A stretch of DNA of 24,000 nt from positions 110,057-134,056 of the forward strand of contig NZ_BMQB01000010.1 in assembly GCF_014647895.1 (NCBI RefSeq). Direction: 5' to 3'. The position numbers were made by a program, and so were the translations under genes. Under the pieces are notes generated by a model, which was not told the origin of the DNA, did not search any database, and worked only from the letters and a program-made list of their open reading frames with translations. This DNA comes from Pilimelia anulata (GTDB lineage: Bacteria; Actinomycetota; Actinomycetes; Mycobacteriales; Micromonosporaceae). This document shows positions 1-8,654 of this stretch, piece by piece. Numbering within the stretch: position 1 is the first letter of the stretch; the number at the start of each line of letters is the position of its first letter.

Positions 1-384
1 GTTGGTGTAGATCTTGTTGTCGGTGCCCCGGACGACGAGGTGCAGCGCGTCGCCGATGACCGCCGCGGCCGGGCCGGACGGGGTGGCGCCGCCGCCGGGC
101 ACCTCCGACCAGCCGGTCCAGGTCACGCCGTTGAACCGGTTGAGGTAGATCCTGTCGTCGGTGCCGCGGACGAACACCCAGGTGTCGTCCTGGTACTGGA
201 CGCTGCCGGGCGCCGACGGGGTGGCGCCGCCGCTGGGCAGTTCGCCCCAGCCGACCGCCGCGGCGGTCAGCGGTACGGGGCCGGTCGGGGCGGCCGTCGC
301 GGGCGCGGCGCCCGCGAGCAGGGCGCCGGTGAGCAGGGCCGCACCGGCGGCCAGCAGCGAACGTCGTGGGGTGGTGCCGAACAT
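1..384 (-). CDS. Secreted repeat protein, 5' part only (its 3' end runs off the window start). It has a signal peptide, then W/G-rich repeats of beta-propeller or lectin-like type.
   Basis: The minus-strand ATG is the reverse complement of 382-384. It is preceded by AAGGGGGA (reverse complement of 390-397), 5 nt upstream. My translation is MFGTTPRRSLLAAGAALLTGALLAGAAPATAAP..., a signal peptide with a possible Tat-like RR. It continues ...WVFVRGTDDRIYLNRFNGVTWTGWSEVPGGGATPSGPAAVIGDALHLVVRGTDNKIYTN, which contains two copies of a VRGTD(D/N)xIY.N unit. The frame stays open to position 1. The ORF is missing from the supplied track, presumably because it is truncated. The family assignment is from memory of propeller-lectin repeats only. 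Confidence 0.6.
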   Translation of the reverse strand, partial: MFGTTPRRSLLAAGAALLTGALLAGAAPATAAPTGPVPLTAAAVGWGELPSGGATPSAPGSVQYQDDTWVFVRGTDDRIYLNRFNGVTWTGWSEVPGGGATPSGPAAAVIGDALHLVVRGTDNKIYTN

Positions 385-680
385 ATGGGTCCCCCTTGGA
401 CACGCGTTGCGGGTGAATATCCCCCGTGATTGATCACTGTGGATGCTCAATCCGGATGCTAACGGCCCCGGCCCGGCGCCGCCGGGCGAGCCCGCGCGCG
501 CCGGCGGACCGCCGCCGGCCGTGCGCAGGCCACGCGCCGCGGCGCGCCCGGCGGCCGCGGCGCCCGCCGGCGTGTCGCGCCGGGGCGTCCCCCGACCGGG
601 CGCCGTACGCCCCGCGGGTGAGGCAGGGCGGCGGCAACGCGGGTGTCAAGTCATCCTTCGGGCTGTTTTGCCGGAAGGTC

Positions 681-708
681 TTGACAAGAAGAATGCGTAG
701 GGTAATTT
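681..708 (+). promoter_or_regulatory. Candidate sigma-70/HrdB-type promoter facing ahcY
   Basis: TTGACA (681-686), a 16-nt spacer, then TAATTT (703-708). The site lies in a ~40-bp island (681-720) with about 15 of 40 G+C, inside an otherwise very GC-rich window. It is ~280 nt upstream of the ahcY ATG. Confidence 0.4.
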
Positions 709-776
709 GAAAAGTACGCAGCGTCATCGAGACGAATGGTCCGACGACGCGCGCGGGGTACCACTACCGGGGGGAT

Positions 777-810
777 GCACAGGGCGGTCGACACGTCGAC
801 CGCCCTGTGC
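777..810 (+). other. Perfect inverted repeat (hairpin) in the ahcY upstream leader
   Basis: GCACAGGGCGGTCGAC-AC-GTCGACCGCCCTGTGC has 16-nt arms that are fully complementary and centred on a GTCGAC palindrome. It lies downstream of the candidate promoter and ~185 nt upstream of the ahcY ATG. No U-tract follows it. Confidence 0.5.
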
Positions 811-995
811 GCATTCCGCCCCCACCCGGGCGGTGCCGGCCCCGCCCGCCCACCGCGCCGGGGTGTACCGCACCCGTTCGACCCCCGTCCCGGCGGGCGG
901 ATGTGGGCCGTGCCACGAGCCGGGGCCGAGGGCCGCGCGACGTGCGGGAAGTAGGGTGAGGGCGCCCGCCACACGTCGTACGGACAGGAGTCCCG

Positions 996-2468
<1,473 letters not shown>

Positions 2469-2480
2469 CACCGGACCGCC

Positions 2481-2520
2481 GACGGCGCCGGCCCCGCGGG
2501 GGCCGGCGCCGTCGCTTTTT
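2481..2520 (+). terminator. Rho-independent terminator of ahcY
   Basis: GACGGCGCCGGCCCC (2481-2495), loop GCG, GGGGCCGGCGCCGTC (2499-2513), followed by GCTTTTT (2514-2520). It starts 13 nt after the ahcY stop. Confidence 0.75.
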
Positions 2521-2613
2521 CGGCCGCCCGCCGGCGGACCGCTCCCCGCCCGCGGGTGAATCGCCCGGTCAGCGGCCGGCTGTCCGGCTTGACGCGGCGC
2601 CGTGAGCCGGGGA

Positions 2614-2632
2614 TAAGGTGAGGCTGCCCTTG
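2614..2632 (+). promoter_or_regulatory. Candidate IdeR/DmdR-type iron box overlapping a possible efeU promoter
   Basis: TAAGGTGAGGCTGCCCTTG matches the remembered IdeR consensus TTAGGTTAGGCTAACCTAA at 13 of 19 positions. The left half-site matches 8 of 10 and the right half is weaker. It lies ~100 nt upstream of the efeU ATG and just downstream of TTGACG (2589-2594). The match was made by eye, not scored with a matrix. Confidence 0.35.
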
Positions 2633-2731
2633 CCGGGCGGCCGGTCAGCACTGCTGCGGGCGCCCGGTCGCCGGGTGGCCCGACCCTCCCGGCCGGGCGT
2701 GACCGACATCCTCCGGCCGCGGAGCGCGCCC

Positions 2732-3586
2732 ATGAACCAGGCATCGTTCGCCACCTACCTCATCGGCCTCCGCGAGGGGCTGGAGGCGACCCTCGTGGTG
2801 AGCATCCTCGTCGCGTTCCTGGTCAAGTCCGACCGGCGCAAGCTGCTCCCGCCGGTCTGGCTCGGCGCCGGCGTGGCCGTCGCGCTGTCGGTCGCCGCCG
2901 GCACGCTGCTGACGTACACCAGCGCCTCGATCCGCGGGCAGGACCAGGAGCTGTTCGAGGCCGTCGCCTCGGTGCTCGCGGTCGTCTTCGTCACCTGGAT
3001 GATCTTCTGGATGCGCCGCGCCGCCCGGGCCATGGGCGGCCAGCTCCGCGCCGGCCTGGACCGGGCCATCGCCGTCGGGCCGGTCGCCGTCGCCGGCTTC
3101 ACCCTGCTCGCGGTCGTCCGGGAGGGCCTGGAGACCGCGCTGCTGTTCTTCTCCGCCGTCCAGGGCACGACCAGCGCCGTGCCGCTGATCGCGATCACGC
3201 TCGGCGTGCTGACCGCGATCGGCATCGGCTACCTGCTGTACGCGACGGCGGTGCGGATCAACCTGACCACCTTCTTCACCTGGACCGGGGCGCTGCTGGT
3301 GCTGGTCGCCGGCGGCATCCTCAAGTACGGCGTGCACGACTTCCAGGAGTCCGGCCGGCTGCCGGGCCTCAACGTCATCGCCTTCGACCTGACCCGCAGC
3401 GTGGACCCCGGCTCGTGGTGGGCGACGCTGCTCGCCGGCATGTTCAACCTGACCCCGCGGGCCACGGTGGCCGAGGTGGTCGCCTGGGTCGCTTACGTCG
3501 TCCCGACCATGCTCCTGTTCCTGCTGCCCGGCCGCCGGCCGGCGGCGACCCCCGACCGGCCGGCCGCCGCGCCGGCCGCCGGCTGA
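2732..3586 (+). CDS. efeU: High-affinity Fe2+ permease, FTR1/EfeU family
   Basis: Two REGLE motifs are present (GLREGLEATLVV and VVREGLETALLF) in a polytopic membrane protein. The ATG at 2732 has GGAG 7 nt upstream. The track's earlier GTG at 2618 would add an Arg/Pro-rich extension and lies inside the putative iron box. Confidence 0.9.
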   Translation: MNQASFATYLIGLREGLEATLVVSILVAFLVKSDRRKLLPPVWLGAGVAVALSVAAGTLLTYTSASIRGQDQELFEAVASVLAVVFVTWMIFWMRRAARAMGGQLRAGLDRAIAVGPVAVAGFTLLAVVREGLETALLFFSAVQGTTSAVPLIAITLGVLTAIGIGYLLYATAVRINLTTFFTWTGALLVLVAGGILKYGVHDFQESGRLPGLNVIAFDLTRSVDPGSWWATLLAGMFNLTPRATVAEVVAWVAYVVPTMLLFLLPGRRPAATPDRPAAAPAAG

Positions 3587-3611
3587 GCACAACCCCGCAC
3601 CGAGGAGAGCC

Positions 3612-4736
3612 ATGCGCGCGACCCGTACCCTGTCCCTGCTCGCCGCCGGCACGCTGGCCGCGAGCCTCGCGGGCTGCGGCGGCGACGGGCCGACCGGCCC
3701 CGCCGCCGACGCCATCGCCGTCACCTCGACCGACTCCGGCTGCGAGATCGGCCGCTCCGACGCCCCCGCCGGTACGGTCGTGTTCAGCGTGCGCAACACC
3801 GGCAGCAAGGTCACCGAGTTCTACGTGTACGCCCCCGGCGACAAGATCGCCGGCGAGGTGGAGAACATCGCGCCGGGCGTGAGCCGGGAGCTGCGGGTGC
3901 AGCTCGCCGCCGGGCCGTACCAGACCGCCTGCAAGCCGGGCATGGTCGGCGACGGCATCCGGACCGCGTTCACCGTCACCGCGACCGGCGCCGACCCGGC
4001 CGTCGACCCGGAGCTGACCGCGGCGGTGGCCCGGTACCGGGCGTACGTCAAGGAGCAGACCGCCCAGCTCCTCACGCTGACCGAGCAGTTCGTCGCCGCG
4101 GTCAAGGGCAACCGGATCGCCGCGGCCAAGGAGCTGTTCCCGCGGGCCCGCGAGCCGTGGGAGCGGATCGAGCCGGTGGCCGAGATCTTCGGCGACCTGG
4201 ACCCGCGGATCGACGCCCGCGAGGCCGACCTGGAGCCGGGCCAGGCGTTCACCGGCTTCCACCGGATCGAGAAGGACCTGTGGGTCGCCAAGTCGGTGGC
4301 GAGGTCCGGGCCGACCGCCGACCGGCTGCTGGTCGACGTCAAGGAGATCGTCGCCAAGGCCAACGCCGAGGCGCTGACCCCGCTCCAGCTCGCCAACGGC
4401 GCCAAGGAGCTGCTGGACGAGGTCGCCACCGGCAAGATCACCGGCGAGGAGGACTTCTTCTCGCACACCGACCTGTGGGACTTCAAGGCCAACCTGGACG
4501 GCAGCAGGGCCGCGATCGACGCCCTGCGCCCCGTCCTCACCCAGCGCGACAGCGCCCTGGTCGGCCAGCTCGACGCCGCGTTCGCCGCCGCCTCGGCGGA
4601 GCTGGACCGGCACCGCGCCGGCGCCGGCTGGAAGCTGCACAACCAGCTCACCAAGGCCGACCTGAAGAAGCTGTCCGACGCCATCAACGCGCTCGCCGAG
4701 CCGGTGAGCCGGGTGGCGGCGGTCGTCAGCCGCTGA
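3612..4736 (+). CDS. efeO: Iron uptake system lipoprotein EfeO (N-terminal cupredoxin-like domain plus imelysin/M75-like domain)
   Basis: The signal peptide carries a lipobox, LAASLAGC. The N-terminal part is cupredoxin-like (VVFSVRNTGSKVTEFYVY...YQTACKPGM). The C-terminal part is EfeM/EfeO-like (GFHRIEKDLW, FSHTDLWDFKANLDG). GGAGGA lies upstream, and the gene sits between efeU and efeB. Confidence 0.9.
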   Translation: MRATRTLSLLAAGTLAASLAGCGGDGPTGPAADAIAVTSTDSGCEIGRSDAPAGTVVFSVRNTGSKVTEFYVYAPGDKIAGEVENIAPGVSRELRVQLAAGPYQTACKPGMVGDGIRTAFTVTATGADPAVDPELTAAVARYRAYVKEQTAQLLTLTEQFVAAVKGNRIAAAKELFPRAREPWERIEPVAEIFGDLDPRIDAREADLEPGQAFTGFHRIEKDLWVAKSVARSGPTADRLLVDVKEIVAKANAEALTPLQLANGAKELLDEVATGKITGEEDFFSHTDLWDFKANLDGSRAAIDALRPVLTQRDSALVGQLDAAFAAASAELDRHRAGAGWKLHNQLTKADLKKLSDAINALAEPVSRVAAVVSR

Positions 4737-4791
4737 CCGCCGACCCGACCCCGCCCCGCCGGGCCGGGTCGGTGACCGTCCGGGAGGGGAC

Positions 4792-6069
4792 ATGAGCGAC
4801 GCGCAGCCCGCCGGGGTCCGCCGGCGCCGGCTCATCGCCGGCGCGGGGGTGGTCGGCGCGGTCGGGGTGGCCGCGGCCGGCGGCGCCCTGGCCCGCGACG
4901 CGCTGGCCACCGAGCACCCGTCGCCGGCCGCGGACGCGGTGCCGTTCCACGGCGCGCACCAGGCCGGCATCGTCACCGCCGCGCAGGACCGGCTGCACTT
5001 CGCCGCGTTCGACGTGGTCACCGCCGACCGGGACAAGCTGGTCGCGCTGCTGCGCGACTGGACGGCCGCCGCCGAGCGGCTGGCCGCCGGCCGCGACGCC
5101 GGCCCGGCCGGCGCGGTCGGCGGCCGCCCCGAGGCCCCGCCGGACGACACCGGCGAGGCGCTCGGCCTGCCGCCGGCCCAGCTCACCCTCACCGTCGGCT
5201 TCGGCGCCACGCTGTTCCGGGACGCCGCCGGGCGGGACCGGTTCGGCCTGGCCGCCCGCGAGCCGGCCGGGCTCGCCCCGCTGCCGCACTTCCCCGGCGA
5301 CCGGCTGGAGCCGGCGTTCTCCGGCGGCGACCTGTGCGTGCAGGCGTGCGCGAACGACCCGCAGGTCGCCGTCCACGCGATCCGCAACCTGGCCCGGATC
5401 GGCTTCGGCACGGTGTCGCTGCGCTGGTCCCAGCTCGGCTTCGGACGGACGTCGGCCACCACCCGGGCGCAGGCCACGCCGCGCAACCTGATGGGCTTCA
5501 AGGACGGTACGGCCAACCTGCGCGCCGAGGACGGCGCGCTGCTGGACGAGCACCTGTGGGTGCAGCCGGCCGACGGCCCGCCCTGGCTGGCCGGCGGCTC
5601 CTACCTGGTGGCCCGGCGGATCCGGATGATGATCGAGACCTGGGACCGCACCCCGCTCGGCGAGCAGGAGACGATCATCGGCCGGACCAAGGGCAGCGGC
5701 GCCCCGCTGGGCGGCCGGGACGAGTTCGACCGCCCCGACTTCGCCGCGGCCGGCGGCGACGGCGAGCCGGTGATCCCCGCGGTCGCGCACGTCCGGCTGG
5801 CCCACCCCGACCACAACGCCGGCGCCCGGATGCTGCGCCGCGGGTACCACTTCGTCGACGGCTCCGACGGCCTCGGCCGGCTCGACGCGGGCCTGTTCTT
5901 CCTCGCCTTCCAGCGCGACCCGCGCCGGTCGTTCGTCCCGGTCCAGCGGGCGCTGGCCCGGGCCGACGTGCTCAACGAGTACATCCGGCACGTCGGCAGT
6001 GCCGTGTTCGCCTGCCCGCCGGGCGTGCGCGAGCCGGGCGACTTCTGGGGCCGGGCGCTGTTCGGCTGA
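4792..6069 (+). CDS. efeB: Dyp-type peroxidase / deferrochelatase EfeB, Tat-exported
   Basis: There is a twin-arginine signal (GVRRRRLIAGAGVVGA) and the Dyp motif GFKDGTANL, with family-typical FFLAFQRDP and AVFACPPG. A GGGAGGGGA RBS lies directly upstream. Confidence 0.92.
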   Translation: MSDAQPAGVRRRRLIAGAGVVGAVGVAAAGGALARDALATEHPSPAADAVPFHGAHQAGIVTAAQDRLHFAAFDVVTADRDKLVALLRDWTAAAERLAAGRDAGPAGAVGGRPEAPPDDTGEALGLPPAQLTLTVGFGATLFRDAAGRDRFGLAAREPAGLAPLPHFPGDRLEPAFSGGDLCVQACANDPQVAVHAIRNLARIGFGTVSLRWSQLGFGRTSATTRAQATPRNLMGFKDGTANLRAEDGALLDEHLWVQPADGPPWLAGGSYLVARRIRMMIETWDRTPLGEQETIIGRTKGSGAPLGGRDEFDRPDFAAAGGDGEPVIPAVAHVRLAHPDHNAGARMLRRGYHFVDGSDGLGRLDAGLFFLAFQRDPRRSFVPVQRALARADVLNEYIRHVGSAVFACPPGVREPGDFWGRALFG

Positions 6070-6172
6070 CCGGCGGGCGGGAGCACCCGCGCGGGTGCGA
6101 ACCGGCCCGGCCGCGCCGCCGCTCGGGGCGGCGGGCACCACGCCCGCGGCGCGAGGTGGAATATTGGACGCC

Positions 6173-6862
6173 ATGAGAGCGCGCGTTCTGGTGGTCGACG
6201 ACGATCCGGCCCTGGCCGAGATGCTGGGGATCGTGCTGCGCAGCGAGGGCTTCCAGCCCTCGTTCGTCGCCGACGGCGAGCGGGCGCTGGCCGCGTTCCG
6301 GGACGCCCGCCCCGACATCGTCCTGCTCGACCTGATGCTGCCCGGAATGAGCGGGATCGACGTCTGCCGGGCCATCCGGGCCGAGTCCGGTTTGCCGATC
6401 GTCATGCTGACCGCCAAGAGCGACACCGTGGACGTGGTGCTCGGGCTGGAGTCCGGCGCCGACGACTACGTGGTCAAGCCGTTCAAGCCCAAGGAGCTGG
6501 TCGCCCGGATGCGGGCCCGGCTGCGCCGGGGCGAGGACGCCGCGCCCGAGGTGCTCACCGTCGGCCCGACCGGCAACCAGATCACCATCGACGTACCGGC
6601 GCATACCGTCACCCGGGACGACGCCGAGGTGAAGCTGACCCCGCTGGAGTTCGACCTGCTCGTGGCCCTGGCCCGCAAGCCGCGCCAGGTGTTCACCCGG
6701 GAGGTCCTGCTGGAGCAGGTCTGGGGGTACCGGCACGCCGCCGACACCCGGCTGGTGAACGTGCACGTCCAGCGCCTCCGCGCCAAGATCGAACCGGACC
6801 CGGAGCGGCCGGAGATCATTCTGACCGTGCGGGGCGTGGGGTACAAGGCCGGCACGGGCTAG
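6173..6862 (+). CDS. mtrA: OmpR-family response regulator MtrA
   Basis: MRARVLVVDDDPALAEMLGIVLRSEGF...DLMLPGMSGIDVCRAIRAESGLPIVMLTAKSDTVDVVLGLESGADDYVVKPFKPKELVARMRARLRR is near-identical in pattern to mycobacterial MtrA. The winged-helix C-terminus contains RLVNVHVQRLRAKIE. A TTG at 6164 would give MDAM..., like M. tuberculosis MDTM, and is an alternative start. GAGGTGGA lies at 6153-6160. Confidence 0.95.
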   Translation: MRARVLVVDDDPALAEMLGIVLRSEGFQPSFVADGERALAAFRDARPDIVLLDLMLPGMSGIDVCRAIRAESGLPIVMLTAKSDTVDVVLGLESGADDYVVKPFKPKELVARMRARLRRGEDAAPEVLTVGPTGNQITIDVPAHTVTRDDAEVKLTPLEFDLLVALARKPRQVFTREVLLEQVWGYRHAADTRLVNVHVQRLRAKIEPDPERPEIILTVRGVGYKAGTG

Positions 6863-6875
6863 CCTGGAGGGCACC

Positions 6876-8654
6876 GTGACACCGTCCGTCGATGCCGCCG
6901 TGCCGGAGTCCGAGTCGCCCGAGTCGCCGACGCCCGCGCCCCGACCGGTACCGGCCGGGCTGCTGCGCCGGCTCACCGCGCGCCGGCCGCCCGTACGCCG
7001 GGCGGTCCGGCTCGCCGTGCGCATGGCCCGGCTCGCCGTGCGCCGCGGCCGGCACCGGCTGCGCCGGCTCGTCGCCGCGCTGCGGCTGGTCTGGCGGCGC
7101 TCGCTCAGCGTCCGGATGGTGTCGATCACCATGGTCGCGGCGACCGTGCTGGTCGCCTCCTTCGGGTACCTGGTGGCCTGGCGGTCCGGCCGGATCCTCA
7201 TCGAGGGCACCGCCGCCGACGTGCGCACCCGGATCGCCTCCGGCGTCACGTACGCCAAGGACCAGGTCTCGGTGCACGGCCACCCGGCCGACCCGCGGCT
7301 GCCGGCGACCCTGTCCGACGCCGCGTTCTTCCTGGCCGGCAGCTCCAGCCAGCCCGGCGACCCGATCGTCGCGTTCAAGTCGCGCGGCCTGCCGTCGCTG
7401 CCGGTGCAGGCGTCGCAGGGCGCGGTCGACGTGAGCCCGCTGATCAGCCCCGAGCTGGAGCGCCAGGTCGCCGAGGAGAACCGGATGGCGTACCAGGTGC
7501 GGACCGCCAACGTGACCGGCGAGCCGATGAAGTACCTCGTGTACGGCGCGCCGCTGCCCACCCGGTTCGGCAAGTTGGAGCTGTACTACTTCTGGCCGCT
7601 GACCACCCAGGACGACTTCGCCCGGCAGATCCAGCTCACCGTACTGGTGACCGGGATCGCCCTGATCGCCCTGCTCGCGGTCCTGGCCAACCTCGTCACC
7701 CGGATGGTGGTGAACCCGGTCCGGGTGGCCGCCCGGACCGCGCAGCGGCTCTCCGCCGGCCTGCTCGACCAGCGGATGAGTGTGCACGGCGAGGACGACC
7801 TGGCGCTGCTCGCGGCGTCGTTCAACCAGATGGCGGCGAACCTCCAGCGGCAGATCGTCCGGCTGGAGGAGATGTCCCGGCTCCAGCGCCGGTTCACCTC
7901 GGACGTCTCGCACGAGCTGCGCACCCCGCTGACCACCGTCCGGATGGCCGCCGACCTGATCTTCAGCGAGCGGGAGACGTTCGACCCGGCCGTGCAGCGC
8001 AGCGCCGAGCTGCTCCAGGCCGAGCTGGACCGGTTCGAGAGCCTGCTCTCGGACCTGCTGGAGATCAGCCGGTTCGACGCCGGCTTCGCGGTCCTCGACC
8101 TGGAGCCCACCGACATCGTCGCCGTGCTGCGCCGGGTGGTCGACCAGTTCGACGGGCTGGCCGCCTCGGCCGGCGTCGCGGTGCGGATCGCGCTGCCGGA
8201 CGGCTCCGTGATCGCCGACGTTGATCCGCGCCGGATCGAGCGGGTGCTGCGTAACCTGGTCGGCAACGCGATCGAGCACGCCGAGGGGCGGCCGGTCGAC
8301 GTCACGCTCGCCGCGGGCGACGCCGCGGTGGCGATCGCGGTCCGGGACCGCGGCGTCGGCCTGAAGCCGGGGGAGGAGAAGCTCGTGTTCAGCCGGTTCT
8401 GGCGGGCCGACCCGTCCCGCGCCCGGCAGACCGGCGGCACCGGCCTCGGCCTGTCGATCAGCCTGGAGGACGCGCGCCTGCACGGCGGCTGGCTGGAGGC
8501 GTGGGGCACGCCCGGCGGCGGCGCGCAATTCCGGCTCACCCTGCCGCTGCGCGGCGGCGACCGGCTGATCGCCGCGCCGCTGCCGCTGGTCCCGGCCGAC
8601 GCGGCCGTCACCGAGGGCGTCGGCCGCCCGGACGACCCGGCGGCACTGCCGTGA
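6876..8654 (+). CDS. mtrB: Sensor histidine kinase MtrB
   Basis: The GTG start has GGAGGG 5 nt upstream. The protein has an N-terminal TM segment, an extracytoplasmic region, a second TM segment and a HAMP region. It carries the H-box FTSDVSHELRTPLTT, the N-box LRNLVGNAIEHA, and G-boxes DRGVGL and GGTGLGLSI. It lies immediately downstream of mtrA. Confidence 0.93.
   Translation: MTPSVDAAVPESESPESPTPAPRPVPAGLLRRLTARRPPVRRAVRLAVRMARLAVRRGRHRLRRLVAALRLVWRRSLSVRMVSITMVAATVLVASFGYLVAWRSGRILIEGTAADVRTRIASGVTYAKDQVSVHGHPADPRLPATLSDAAFFLAGSSSQPGDPIVAFKSRGLPSLPVQASQGAVDVSPLISPELERQVAEENRMAYQVRTANVTGEPMKYLVYGAPLPTRFGKLELYYFWPLTTQDDFARQIQLTVLVTGIALIALLAVLANLVTRMVVNPVRVAARTAQRLSAGLLDQRMSVHGEDDLALLAASFNQMAANLQRQIVRLEEMSRLQRRFTSDVSHELRTPLTTVRMAADLIFSERETFDPAVQRSAELLQAELDRFESLLSDLLEISRFDAGFAVLDLEPTDIVAVLRRVVDQFDGLAASAGVAVRIALPDGSVIADVDPRRIERVLRNLVGNAIEHAEGRPVDVTLAAGDAAVAIAVRDRGVGLKPGEEKLVFSRFWRADPSRARQTGGTGLGLSISLEDARLHGGWLEAWGTPGGGAQFRLTLPLRGGDRLIAAPLPLVPADAAVTEGVGRPDDPAALP

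Noticed and set aside
443-700. 85-aa and 94-aa + strand ORFs in the extremely GC-rich tract (about 470-650) between the lectin-like gene and the ahcY promoter island.
   Set aside because: The translation is Pro/Ala/Arg low-complexity, there is no RBS, and the ORFs run through the candidate promoter. I treat the tract as non-coding, though its function, if any, is unknown.
900-995. A possible SAH riboswitch directly upstream of ahcY. CCGAGGGCCGCGCGAC superficially resembles the 5' part of the SAH element.
   Set aside because: I could not find the other conserved segments I remember (CAGGCUCGG-like and AACGGCGCUCA-like) or the required pairing pattern. SAM-IV signatures are also absent. A covariance-model search is needed before any such call.
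2618-2731. The longer N-terminal extension of efeU starting at GTG 2618.
   Set aside because: The extension (MRLPLPGGRSALLRAPGRRVARPSRPG...) is not membrane-protein-like and overlaps the candidate promoter and iron box. ATG 2732 has an RBS and starts right at the first TM segment and REGLE motif.
5999-6172. The 58-codon N-terminal extension of mtrA overlapping the end of efeB. Similarly, the 8501 start for lpqB lies inside mtrB.
   Set aside because: Homology with MtrA N-termini starts at MRARVLVVDDD. For lpqB, the GTGA overlap start at 8651 immediately precedes the lipoprotein signal peptide.
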